From contig DF237097.1 of NCBI GenBank assembly GCA_000708835.1, positions 107,221 through 171,220 of the forward strand: a stretch of 64,000 bases of DNA, given 5' to 3'. The notes beneath the pieces were generated by a model. That model was not told the origin of the DNA. It ran no database searches and saw only the letters and a program-made list of their open reading frames with translations. Below, one piece after another: positions 39,430-53,000 of the stretch. Position 1 is the first letter of the stretch. Each line of letters starts with the position of its first letter. A program made the position numbers and the translations under genes. The stretch is from Klebsormidium nitens. Taxonomy: Eukaryota > Plantae > Klebsormidiophyceae.

Positions 39430-42170
39430 ATGGCGGTGGCCAGGGTCTTCAACTCGGTGATCCGGCCGGGTGCCATGGTGGTGCTCCTCACAACCTTTGC
39501 GGTACTTGCTGAAGGTGAGGTATCACAGAAATGCATCTGAAACTGTGACCGATTCACTTATTTTCAAAGGTATCAGAAAGAGGTCACTTTCTTATTCGCC
39601 CTGAGTTCCAGGTAGTCAAAACTTTAATCAGAATTTTTGTGAAAGCGCCCGTCCAGGTTCAATTCTTGAGCGCGCGGTTACTGGATGACTTTCCACTCGC
39701 GCCGACTTGTCATGGGAAGTTGCCAGCGGGCCCCCTTGAACTGAACAATTCTTTGTACGTCCTACCAGATGGCCTGAGAACGGTCCAGGCGGTATGTATA
39801 TACGCGAAGGCAGTGCGTTACTCAGATGGCAATGCTTCCTTTCTTCGAGCTGGGATATGCCGTTCCTATGGAATCCCAATCTTTTGCCAGTTTTCTCCTG
39901 CACTCAAACAGGTCCCTTCCCGAGCAGACTAGTGAGCTTCATCAGCTTCAGAATGTCAAGACACTGTCACGTATCTGGCCGAAAACTGGTTCATGGCTGA
40001 GAAGCACTAGAAACCTTTGACCCATTATTGAGGACCGGACACCTTCAATCCTTGGTTGAGAACCAGACACCTTTGAACCCGGCCCTGCTGTCGATTTGGC
40101 AGTCAGCCTGAAAATGCATCAGTTTTGGACGTCATGCTCAACCTTCAAGGTGTTCTTAGGTACGTATTCAGAGTCATTTTTACTCAGAAGCCTTGACACC
40201 ATGCTTTTTGGTTCTCTGGGCGCAGGTCAGACCTGCCCTGGTACTACCCCAAACCCGTGTTACAATGCCAATGGCACCACTTTTGTTTGCTGCTCGGCTG
40301 GTTGTGGGCCCAGCGCAGCAGTGGCAACCTGCGCGTCCGCTGAGCCAGTGAGTCTAAGAGGGGCCAGACTCCGCTCAAATATCCCAGAATGTAATAGACA
40401 AGGAACTAGCTCATGCCACGAAATCGTTTGCAACAGCCTTCTCCAGACCCTCTTTGGAACCATTCCCAACCAATCATAAGGTGCAGCGTTGCTTGGCCTC
40501 ATCCGCAAGGTTTGAAAGATCTTCAGTTCTGCTGCAAAAACTGTGGCCATGATAAGCTTGGCCAATGATGCCCAGATATTGAAGGGGATGACCTCTAGAA
40601 TGGCGGCGAACTAGTCCAAAGCTTACTTTCCATGCCCCAACTTCTATGGTACTTCCTCAGTATTTTCATTGTTGTAGTCAAGCTCGTCCTATTCTACTTG
40701 TCTGGTACTACCCATGATTGACTCATGCACCGAGGCAGCTGTGCATTTGGAAATGGTATCTTCAGTCAATGTGTCACAGTTATCTAACGTGTGGCACCCT
40801 AGGCTGAATTGCATTTGCCTACAATCACACTGGCTTGTCAACGTCGGATGCTAAAGGCCCGTGCGCCCCAACCCCTTTTACTTCGTTTTTACCAACAGGT
40901 GCCAGACTTGTCAGTCTACGTCCTCCTTGATCTCTCAAAACCTTACGCAAACTGTGAGAATCAGCAGGCTGCGCCGGGGGCAGGTGTTGATTTTGGGGAC
41001 GTTTGCCTCCTGAAGTGAGTGAAAACCATGTAGCTTAGTCTTCTCGGCCCTTCTCTATTCTTCTCTAATTGTAAGAGTCTTCCTATTGTTTGGTTGCTCT
41101 CTGGTCAAATCAATCTTGTATCCGCTGTCAGGGAGTAGTTTGACAATGCCTGAGCTCATGCTCAAGCTCAGTTACATACAATCTCCTCAGGCTGTCCAAC
41201 TCATTCTTCAACCAAACATCCTCAAGCCCTCTTCCTCATGACCTTTCTCCTTTGTCAAAGCAAAACCCCTTTCGTGGTAAAAGTCGGTCTCTCAATGCAT
41301 GAGGTCCCACTAGCCGAGGCTTCTGAAAGTAATAAAGTTACATGACGCCTCATAACGAGCAAGAAATGAAAGCCTTATTAATCATCTGCTCAATTGACGC
41401 CGGCGGTGCAGTGTGCCCCTGATGGACGCAGAGAAGAAGGAAGTGGTTGGGAGCGCCGTCATTCAGCTCACCGTTTGGCAACCCTACGATCCAGTCACCG
41501 GCAACTATTATGAGATTGGCCCCGCCACCTACTTTTTTGGGCCTTCAGACGACGGCAACACAGATTCCATCCATATCTACGGAATTCTTTTGAACTCGGT
41601 GAGGACTTTGTGCTTGAAATATTGCATGTCCTTTGCTCTACCGGTGGTTGAGCGGGTCTCTTGATGCGAAAGGTAGCTACTAGGTCAGACTGTTGAGTGA
41701 CTCTGGTTACTACCTGCCGATCCAAGAGCTGGGGGTTTCGCATAGGTGAAAAGCTTAGAGGGCGGTAGGTGTTGAAGCTCGTAGGCCTCCAAGACATTGA
41801 GGAACAGTGCAGTGGTTACTTAGTCACAATCTTTCAGCATTATAGCCCTTGTTTTTGACACGTGTCGATGAAACGGCCTTGAAGGGAAGTACTCAAAGAA
41901 ATACTAATTGCAATAAGTCATCTAGTGTGCCAAGAAGAAGACTCTCATACCTTCCTTACTACCTCTTGGAATGCACGATCTTACGTCTTAGCAAAGCCAT
42001 CAAGCTGTTTCAAACCAATGTTGACCCTTTCGTTGCAGTACTCGGAGTTGACAATTCTGGGTGGCACCGGGAAGTATCGTGGAGCCAGAGGGTATGCCAT
42101 ATCTGATGCTGGCGACTGTAATGCGGACGGGAGTATTTGCTACTACCCCAAGAATATATACCTTACGTAA
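39430..42170 (+). CDS. Predicted secreted protein: signal peptide + 6-Cys module + dirigent/AOC barrel-like domain (copy 2)
   Basis: Exons 39430-39514 (MAVARVFNSVIRPGAMVVLLTTFAVLAEG), 40226-40347 (QTCPGTTPNPCYNANGTTFVCCSAGCGPSAAVATCASAEP), 40899-41014, 41412-41598, 42039-42170 (YSELTILGGTGKYRGARGYA...YLT*). All GT-AG and phase-consistent; ILGGTGKYRGARG is the dirigent/AOC-barrel motif. Confidence 0.78.
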
Positions 42171-44082
42171 AAGGAGGGCCGCATGGTCAATCACGGCTTT
42201 GAGTTCGATTGTGCATCGCTTCTCCTTGGTCACATGAAGCCTTTGTGTTTTTGTGTTTTGAGAAAGCGAAGTGGCCAGATCTGCTAGCTTGAGTCTTTCA
42301 ACGGGTAATTCTCAAGTGGTTCGGACATTTTCCTCAGATTCAGTCTAGGCAACACCAGAGGGGTGCAAGTCCGTCAAGAGATACAATTCTCGTACTGAAT
42401 CTCAACGGTGGGGTTCTCGTACTCTACAATCTCACAAGAAAGTTTATTGTTTGCAATCGACTTGAACGTCAGTACCATCGTTGCTTTCAGTGCCGATGGA
42501 GCTTCGACTCCGCAAGTCGTTTTAAATGCAATTGCACCAAGTGTCTAAATAGATTTTTCACCATAGAGGCTCGATATCATGAGAGAACTTTAGATACCAA
42601 ATCTCTCACTCTCTCTCCCATCAGTAAGTACCTACATATGCTTATGATACTCCAAAACTTGCAATTCAATATGGAATGTAGAAACATGCACCAAATAGGT
42701 CTAGATGGCTAGCTAGATCTGCGGCTCTGCGAGACTCTGATGCCCGCGGGATCCGCTGAAAGTCTCTTTTTATAGGGTTGTTACGCTCTACTCAACCAAT
42801 TCAATTAAACCAATGCTTTGCTCTTCTACAAATCACTGCCCGCACCGTCCAGTCGGACAGTCCGCCTTCAGGCGCGCTGCCATGCGTCAGCACCTGCCGT
42901 AGCTTACATTAGCCTAGCAAGGCCCATGAGACTCGCCGAGAAGAAGTGAAACCAATCATTCTGGACTGGGACATCGTCACTAGGACACTGTCACTGTCAC
43001 TAGGACAATGCAAGGCTAAAGACGATCATAGACCCGTTGGCTAGATTGCTACCTGAAGCATGAATCATGAACCATGTAACGCCCATCGTCTCCAAGTACA
43101 ACAATCATGCATGCCACGATCAGGTAGCCTAGTGCTCAAAATCTGGCCTGGCCGTACATGCAGGCACATCAACACGCACGGCCGTATGGACAACCAGTTT
43201 GCTTAGATCATATGGAATTCGATGCAGAATTTTTTGACTCAGCTACCTACTTTTGGTATGTGGATGCATGCAATTGGATAGCTAGTTGCATGAGGAATAC
43301 GTGCCCAATGATGCAATGCTAGCAACGAGCATTGGTCGTACGTATTAACGGCCTTAAATTGATCCGACCGTGCCTTGGTGATTATGCCTTCTCATGCTGT
43401 CGTACTTGGGATGACTCAGTATATACCAGGTGCCAGCCGACCGCAATATTGGATCCTTCTCGATTGTGTCCGATGCACCAACTGGCAAATGGAGGCGCTA
43501 TGCATTCGAGTATCCTAAAATGATCCAACGAGATACAACGCATGCGCAATCGTCACTCAGTAGCGGGCCGCCTGCACCGGGCGGCACATATCAAACACAC
43601 ACTATGGACTCGCAACCGCGGCCAAGTCCATGTATATACTTCTTATGTATACATGCCAATGATTGATGCCATATATCCACATTGCTTTTTAAAGCAACAG
43701 TGCACATGATGTACCTATATACATATCGAGCATGCGAAGCATTTATAAGCTTGTCTCATGATTACAGTCAACAATCTCATCTTTAGGTTCGGCGCAGTGC
43801 CTCATGCACGTAAGCCTTGCGTGGAAGTTGCTCTGCATTCGACACCAATCACTTTTAACAGTCAATATCCTGCCGGACGAGATGATTGAAAGCTGGGCTG
43901 GCGGCCCAGGAGCTCGTGCATATGACCATTGTTTCTTTGACTCGTAACAACCAAGCAGGTAGCTCAGCTTCCCAAGAGCTGTGCCAAACTGACGTCGTCA
44001 GAAAAGGCAATGGCCACCATTTGGCGGCCTCAAAATGCGAGCAAGCTTACACAAATTTGCACAGACAGACACCTTTGGACGA

Positions 44083-47000
44083 TCAATGTGTTGGTCTGCG
44101 CTCTGATCTCATCTTCTTTGGAGGCCGAAAACCAAGCAGACTCTCGCTCGGTGGCAGAACCACATCGGCCCTAGCATTGCCGCTCTCCTCACGAGGCGTC
44201 ACCCCTCCGCCATCCTCTTTGCTCCGCCTCTTCTTCTTCACGACCAGGAAATCACCTGGGTGTACCAGCCCGCCATCCTCCCCCCCAAACCGCGGCAACC
44301 TCTCCGGAACCCTGGCGGCCCCCCCACCTTGAAACCGTGCGCTGTCCACCACCTTCGGAGGCCCCACTGTACTTTCCACAAGCTTCGGCTGCTCGGCCGC
44401 CGTGTGCAAAACCTGGACCTTTGGCGCCGGCCCCCCCCCAGTCCGTACACGAATTCGCACCTTCCCGATCCCCCCTGGAATGGGCTGACCCGCTTGAGTG
44501 AAGTTCCCAGCATATGACGTGCGCAGCCCCTTCGTTTGGCCAGCGTCCGTTGCCAGCGGTTTCGAACTAGGTGCGGGGACTTTCCGCTCGCCGGGACTAG
44601 GCGCCGGCATCTTCCGTTCCGGGACCTTCCACTCGTCGGGACCTGGGGCCGGAACTCTCCGTTCGTCGGAACTAGGCGCAGGGGTTTTCTTTTCGGGGCC
44701 GGGCCCCACTCCTGGCCGCTCGCTAGCGCCCAGAAGTGCCTCCCCGACCCTCGCCACGTCCAGATTCGCGTCCGGAAACGTCACCTCCATCCGCTGGAAG
44801 AACAGCTTCTGCAGCTTTCGTGCGTCCGAAAACACCTGGCTGCCCTTCTTGTAATACAGCTGCGCGTTGCTCAGCATCAGGTCCACGTCGCGCGCGAACT
44901 CCGCCACGCCTAGATACCCGTCCCCGGCCAGGCGCGACTCGATCGTCGCGAGATCGATTGGCGTCCGAACCACCCGGTAATAGTCCGGAGCGTCCTTCTC
45001 TAACGGCAGCTCCAACAACGCCGCCGCGACCAACCGGCCCTCCTTGTCCTTCGCCATGCGCAGCTTTTCCAAGACCACCCGGCACTTCTTCCGTACGTCG
45101 TCCGGCATCACTCTCGCCGTAACGTCCCTATCTGGCGCCGACTTCCCGTTACTTTTTGGCGGCTGTGCCTCTGCCGGGGGCTTCGCTTCCAGGGGTTCCA
45201 TTGCAGTAGCCGGTTTTTGCTCCGCTTTCGGCTTTAAGCCGAGAATGTCGGAGTAGTCCGAGACCCGGCTCCGCTTTACGCTCTTCTCCGAGCGCAAACC
45301 GTTCGCTTTCGGGGGGCCCACCTTTGCAAGCAACTTGCCCGGAAGCTTCAGCGTGATCTTCTTCGGCGCCCCCCCCTCGTCCCCGTGCTTCGAATGCCCT
45401 CCCTCCTCTCGCCTCCGCTTCTTCTTCTTCCGTTTCAGCTCGTCCCCATCCGACGGCCGAGAATGCTCTCCGCCAACATAACCCCCCTCCTCCTCTGCAG
45501 GAATCTCCCCTTCCTCTATCTCCCCCTCTTCCAGTTCCGCATTCTCCGCAGCAAACCCGTCCCTACTGTCCCCCCCAGTTAACACGCCCATGAAGCCCTT
45601 CCCTCCAAAGGCCTTTCCGGGGGGGTCAACGTCCCCGCCCCAAGGTCCCGCATCCGAGACGTCGACGGCGCCATTCCGATCCCGCCTCCGAAGCTCCCCT
45701 TCTTCCGCCGAGTCCTCCCCTTTGATCTCCCCTTCCTCCGGTTCTGAGACCGGCTCTCGTTCCTGAAACCGCTCCAAACCCAACCTCGATTTCCCGGCCT
45801 TAAACAGCCCCTTCCCACCGATGACCGGTTCGCTCCCAACCGGGCTCTCGACACCAGCCAAATCTTCCCGTCGCATGCCCGGTACGCTCACAACCGGGCT
45901 CTTCTTCCCGAGCGAACTCCGACTCCGATTCGCCGGAGACCGTTTCCCCAACCGCGGCGGCTTGCCGGGCCCCGTTTTCGCGACCGCTGCAAAGCTCCGG
46001 GCTTCCTTTAGCACCTCGTCGAAGTCCTCCGAGTCTGGCAAGGCTTTTTTGATCGGTGGCGGGATCGAGATCGATGGCTCTGGTTCGTCCTCTTCGGTAG
46101 GCGGGCGCTTGAGCGAGGGTTCCTCTTCGTCCTCTGGGACGGCCTTCTTCCACGTGTCCTCTTCCTCTCCGTACAGCGCTTCTTCGTCTTCGTCGTCTCG
46201 GGGGAGCGCTTGCGAGGAGGGCTCCTCCTCAGTCAAGGCGGCCAGCCTGCAGAGGATAAGTAGGCGGCTGGTTGAATTGCTGAATACCTACCCACGAGTA
46301 ACCACGAACAGCACAGTAAAATTCTCTGTGACGCTTGGCGGAAGTAGAAAAATCACTGGAAGCCTTTCAAAAGCTGGAACCGAAGCAGTTTCAAACCCTC
46401 ACAATGGTGAATGGCGCAGACTACCAGATGCCCGAATAAACGCTTTTGAAGAGAGGAACACGAAGGCGACAAGCAGACCTACGATGCCAATTGCATCAAG
46501 ATGGTCACTCAAATCTCAAGAGTCGGCAACCTCGCTCAACGAGCAGAACCGGCCAACAGAGAATGGAAGAAATCAATGGATTGAGCAGCGACTTCTTACT
46601 TGTTTGCCTGCCTGTGCCCCCTCCCAAGCGCGACCTCCGACCCCGCCGGCGCGATGCTCTCGCTGAGGCCGCGCTTCATCGCTTCTTTGCTGCGGGCGTT
46701 CATTGCGAGGTCGACGTCCGCTGACGTCGACTTGAGCCACGCCGGGATCTCGTCGCGGGAGAGAAGCGGCCGCGGCCACTCCTGGGGGAGGAAAAGGACA
46801 ATTGTCAGGCAGGGAGAAAAGACACACGACAAGGCAGGACTGAAGGAGATCAACAAGGCCGTATAAAAGGCCACAAAAGGCCAGGCTGTCCTCTTTTCAG
46901 GACAGCGGTATCGTTGGTGGCGGATCTCTTGCTCCAAAGGAGGACACGTGTCAGTGCGAGGTAGCCGAAATGGGAGTTATTGAAACAAATTTCACTCTTC

Positions 47001-50000
47001 TTCGTTCAATCCTATCTTCCAACCAAAAGATCCAAAAGATTGGAAAGTGTTCTCACCTCCTCCTCGTCCATCTTGTCGAACAGCACGACCTCGTCGTCCG
47101 TCCTGGCAATCATGCGGTTGATTTGTTCCATGGACGGCACGTCGTGCACCGCGCGCTGGTAGCGGTCCTCATCGTGTAGCAGCGCCTCCAGCGTGATGCG
47201 CCGCTCCTCCTGCGTCGTGCGCTGGTCGAACCGCCCCGCGTTAATCACCTGATAAGAAACAAACCCTGGGTCAATTGAAAGTGCGCGCGTTTAGAGCAAC
47301 GTTGGTCGAAGTAGAAACAGCCCGGTTCTTGATTGGATCAAGCCCTCCACTGTCTGCAACAGATGCACAACTCAAAAAAGCGAGGCTTTGTTCCTGAGAA
47401 GTTGGGCAAAACAAGCAATACTTGTTTGCCGAGAGCCAACCAATTCTTTCATATACCGGCCATAAATAGCAACGCAGCTTGCCCCTGCGCGTATAAGCCT
47501 CTGCGAGGTGTCATTTTAGATAGACTGATGTCCTAGTTGAGTAAGAATTTCGTACCCAGACGGTTCAAAAACTTCGGAGACCCCGCTTACCTCGTCAGTC
47601 CTGTTTCCTGACCTGCTGGATCTGCTCCCAAAGCAGCGTTTCAATCGGACCAACCCCCCCCCGACATTCTGCACCCAATCTTTCTTCTCGCAACTCTCAT
47701 GTCTTGCCGCCCGCTCACAAAGCTAAATCCTCGGATTCCCCAAAAGTCCAACCGAAAATATGTAAAGCACGAGAACCGCACCCACCTCATCAGCCATGTC
47801 GATCTTGACCTGCTGGATCTGCTCCCGGACCAGCGTCTCAATCAACCCAACATACTGCGGCAATCGGTTTCCTCGCCACTTTCTGATCCGGATCCTCACA
47901 ACCTCACAGTCTTCAAATCAAGCAAAACACCAAGTCTCTACCCACCTCGTCAGCCATGTCAATCTTGACCTGCTGAATCTGCTCCCGGACCAGCGTCTCA
48001 ATCGAACCGACGTACTGCGGCCGATCGTCCTCGTCGTCGCTTTCTTCCCGCTGCACCTCCCGCTGCGCACGCTCTCGCCGCTTGTCCTCGGCCTCGTAGA
48101 ACGGGACGCCGTCCGCGACCGCCTCCATGTAGAAGACGCGCACCTCCTTGGTCTGCCCGATGCGGTGTGCACGCGCCACGGCTTGTTCCTGTTCCGAAAA
48201 GAAAGCTTTCGGATCTGGTGTCCAGTCTCGGCATGCTGTCAGTCCGATTTGTGATTTGACACTAAACTTCTGTATCGGCCTCATGAAATGAAGATGCCGT
48301 GCGCAACCGCCTCCATGTAGAACACGCGCACCTCCTTGGTCTATCCGATGCGGTGGGCTCGAGACACGGCTTGTTCCTGTTCAGAAAGTTAGCTGAAGGT
48401 TTGGGTTTTGAACCTGGTGTTCGATCTCAGCACGCTTCTCAGTTCGCGCTTCAACGAGTGTTATCTCAAACAGACAAGGACCATCCTTTAGCGTCCTGAT
48501 GATTGATGCCAATTGACATCTTCCGCTACACGACGGCCTTGGTATACACCTAGTTTTAGATTCAAAGCGCTGAAGAAACTTTGTGAGCACTTAAGCTGGT
48601 GGTCCAGGAGCAGTCTCTTGCTGTAATCAACTGCACCCAACGGGCGACCAAAGTACAAACAAATCTTAAGCTTCGTATTCGAGTCATGCTCGTCACACCG
48701 TAAGTTCTAGATTCAAGGCTCAATCGACAGTCCTGTGTTTTCCGTCTTGTCGTACCTCGTTCTTGGGGTTCGGGTCCGGGTCGTAGACCACCACCGTGTC
48801 TGCCGTCTGCAGATTGAGACCCCTCCCCGCGGCCCTGATGCTGAGTAGGAAGATGAACACCTCCGACTCGGGCCGGTTGAAGTCCACGATCGCGTCTTCT
48901 CGGTCGTCGAGCGAGGTGGTCCCGTCGATGCGGCGGTACTGGAAGTGCCGCCACTGGACAGGAGGAACAAGAGAGAGTCAAAAATGATGCTTTCACTCAA
49001 TTAAAGGAATGGCATGACTGTTGTGGAGAGTTATATGGTAGGTGCAGAAGCAAAGGTGAGCATGCTTAAGGGCGGCAGCGCCAAGGGGCAGTCGTCCGTC
49101 GCTCTTCACTAACCCAGATAGCCTGCATGATCCTACGGCACAGGGCAAACAGAAGTCGCTACGACCCGGACACTGCCAGACCTAGACTGCCAACCTCTTC
49201 TCACACAGCACTTCTTCTCCACTTTGTCGAGCAGGCGCCAAGCTACACAATCTGCAAAGATGCACAACGCTTGCTCCATGCTACGATAATAAAGTGCTGA
49301 AGCCAGAATGACTTCTTACCCGGCAGTATTCCTCGACGATGTCGAGCAGGCGCGTCATGGTGCAGAAGAGCAGCACGCGGTGACCCGTGCGCTTGAGCTT
49401 GACCAGGATGCGGTCCAGCAGGTACAGCTTGCCGCACGAGCGCACCACGTGCTCGGTCACGCCCATCGTCTTGAGCGGGTAGTTCAGGTACGGGTGGTTG
49501 CACACCTTGCGCAGCTCCATCACCTGCAAGGACACGAGTGTCATGATGAGTTGGTGCTGCTGTGCTCCTTGCAAGCTGCTCAACCTATGCAGTGGTTATC
49601 TTTGGGACTGCACCACGTGTTGCAGCTCCGATCCTGGTCCTTCTCAAATAGTAGATACCAATCCCTTCTTGTGACTGGCGAAACAATCAAACCTGGACGA
49701 AGATGATCCTTGACAAGTGTCCTGACTTTCCCACAATGCCTGAGGAGCTTCCATTTCAAACAGTTCTTTCGGCCCATTCGCTCGTTTTGGCCCCCAAGAA
49801 ACCCACCTTATTGTTGAGATTAGCGTATATCCTCGTCTGGCGCGTGGTCCCGACGACCCGCATGCTCTCGTCATCTGGATCCAAGCGGATCGTTCCTGTG
49901 GCCTTGATCCAGTCGTAGACGGCGGCCTGGAACGCCGAGTTCTTGCACTTGAGGACCATCGACACCTTGGGGGGCAGGCTGCCCTCCACGTCCTCCACGC

Positions 50001-53000
50001 GACGCCTGCGTGACGTCAGCAGATGGTCAACAAACATGTTGATAGGTGGACGACTCAGGCCCTGAATTCGTATTGTCCTCCAGAGCTCCTTCCAAATCCA
50101 GATCGGAGACGGTCCAATCAGGCCGTAGTAGGGTCGGGAAGGTGACGTACAAGCAAGAAGACACAACTGAACAATCACCGCTGCAGCAATCCGAAGCGCT
50201 CAGGAGCCGAAGAAGCGCAATGCAGAATCCATGTCACAAAAGCTCAGGCCCCGTACCTCAGCATGAAGGGTTCCAGAATCTGGTGCAGCCTATTGATGAC
50301 GATGATCTTCTTCTCGGTCTCGAGCCAGTCCTCCTCGTCGGCTTTCGCCGCGCCGTCCTTTTGCTGCGCGAACGGGGAGTGGAACCACTCGTGGAACTGG
50401 CGGCTGTTGTCAAACACGTCCGGGAGGAGCAGGTTCAGCAGCGCCCACAGCTCGTTCAGGTCGTTCTGGATGGTGGAGGAACCAAGACAGGTCAGTGGAA
50501 GGGAAGAATCACGGATCGAGTACCAACTTGTGTGAACCCATAATTTGCCAGAGGTGGTCGAACGAAAGTTTTTGTCACCGAAAGAGAATTAACGTTCGTC
50601 AGAAACGCTTTGTCAGGTTGAAGCGTAGAAGGGTGTGACGTTTGGAGGCAGGAAGCGGGCAGAACGTCAAAAGCGCGCCTAAGAGGAGTGAAAGTTTCTC
50701 TCAAAAAGACTCAATCCAGGTTCTCAAAAACACAACCTCTGAAACGAGCATAAACGATTCGCAGCGTTTCATGAGCGAGAACTTCGCTGGCAGCGAACTC
50801 AGTAGCCTCCCAGGAACCCTGCAGCAGATCGTGCCCAATGCATCCAACCCAAAAAGGTACTCGTTATCTCAAAAAGAGGGCAGACTGACCTGGAGGGGGG
50901 TTCCTGTGAGCAGCAACCGTCGCTGACACACGAATCGGTCCAGGTCCCGCGACAGCTTGGACTCGCGGTCCTTCATGCGCTGCGCCTCATCGATGATGAT
51001 GTATTTCCAGGCGACCTGCAAGCAAAAGCGGCTTTTAAAATTGGCAGGAACAGTGTTTGCGTTGTTCATAACGACCCATACCCAGGCCTTTGCAACTGGA
51101 CGGCTCGAATGGTCCTTTGCTACAAAGGCTCTCCAAGGAGCTCCGACACACACTGCTTCAATACCAGGAACCCTGAAAAGAGACGAGAACGCCTGGTGAA
51201 AATAGTTTGGATTGGTAACTCAGTTGGAAAGTGCAAAGTGCCTGACCTTGGAGAGCTTGGAGCGATCCCGCATGATGAACTCGTAGGTGGTTACTAGGAC
51301 GTTGAACTTGAGCGACATGACGTCCTGGGTGAAGATGCGCGTGCGCTGCTCCTTGGTCCCAACGTAGAGCACGACGCTCACGGTTGGGAGCCATCGCACA
51401 AACTCGCTCTGTGGGAAGCAAAGACAACGAGTGTCAAGAGGAACAAGACGCAGAATCTGAGAAATTGGCTGCAAAATATGACAGGTGCAAGCAAGTTACA
51501 AACGTTTAAAATTGTGGTACAACAGGTCTGCTCAAACACAGAAACGACTTCTCCCGACCAAGTTCTAACTGCGAGTTGGCAATCCCGGTTGCTGAGTAAC
51601 AGGCTGCAGTCTTACGCAAAACACGGCCAGCTTCTACTCTTCAAAGATGCACACCCAACCACACGTAAAGCCTTGTCGACTCTTTACCTTCCAGTTGACC
51701 ATCACCGCGTTGGGCACGATGATCAGATGCGGCCCCTTATTGCTCTTGAACTCCATAAGGTATGCAATCAGCGCCATGACCTGGACCGTTTTCCCGAGCC
51801 CCATCTCGTCGGCCAGGATGCCGTTCAGCTTGTTATTGTACAGCGAGATCATCCACTGTAGCCCAACCATCTGGTACTCGCGTAGCGTCCCAGCGCGCAG
51901 CATCGATGGCTGCCGCAGGATCTGCTCGTTGACCGTATGGGCCAGGCTGTAGTACCTGAAAAAGGAGGCAAAGCCCTGATTCAGATCGCACATTGACAGT
52001 ATTTGGGCTGGAAGTTCTGTGAGACACGAACACTGAGATCCGACGGAGTGCTTTCAAGCCAGACCCGTCCAAAACGGGGCCGGACCATCCGAAAATGATC
52101 TTGGCTGACCGCATGATTTGGGCCGTTGGCTGAAGCGGACACGATCATCGAATGGTGCCCAATTTGCACTCGAGGTTTGACAACCATCAGATTAATTCCT
52201 GTGAAGCAATGCAGAAGAATGGGTATTGAAGTCGGCAACTATCGGCACCATTGATCTTTTGAAAGCGACGCAGCAACCGATTCCCAAGGTCGGAGATCAG
52301 GACTTGAAATGCGGTACTCACTTATTCACAGCTGCGCTCCCGGTCCCGAGGTCCCCAGACTCCTGCGACTGTGCTGCAAACTCGTCGGCCGCCCGCCGGC
52401 CTGCTTCGAGGGCGTCCTCTTCAGCAGCGCCTTGTGCTCGCGCCTCGTTGATTGCAGCTAGAACGGCCTCTTCGCGTTCTTGCTGCGCTTTTACGGAGGA
52501 AACCTTGCCCCCCAGCTTGTGGAGGTACTCCTCTGTTTGGGACAGGAAGTCGGAGAGGGCCTGCAAAGACGATACACGAAAGGGACCTTGAGAAACAGAT
52601 CGTCAACAGAACAATTTTGGAGAGCGATACGAGCCTGTTCCTGGCTGCCCTTTGAACTTCGCCAAAGGTGTCTCCCGAAGCAGTCTCTGACTGTGTACTC
52701 AGGACATGAACCATGTGGAAAACAGTGACAATTTTCCAACGCTCCGACTGGGTAACCTCGGAATCAGATCATCCGACGCGCTTTGTCCGCTTTTGACACA
52801 TTCGCGCGTCCTTTTGGATGACGACCAATCAAAAACCGTGCTTTGAAACCCGTGAAGTTAATCTTCCAATCAGACTCTTATTGAGTATCCCAAAGAAACG
52901 ACAGATGTTAGGAGCCACCCCAATTCGGAATGAAATAGAGTGTACAAGCATAACTCACTGCAAAGCGCTCGTTGGCATCCCCCGGAAGCTCCCTGTCTTT

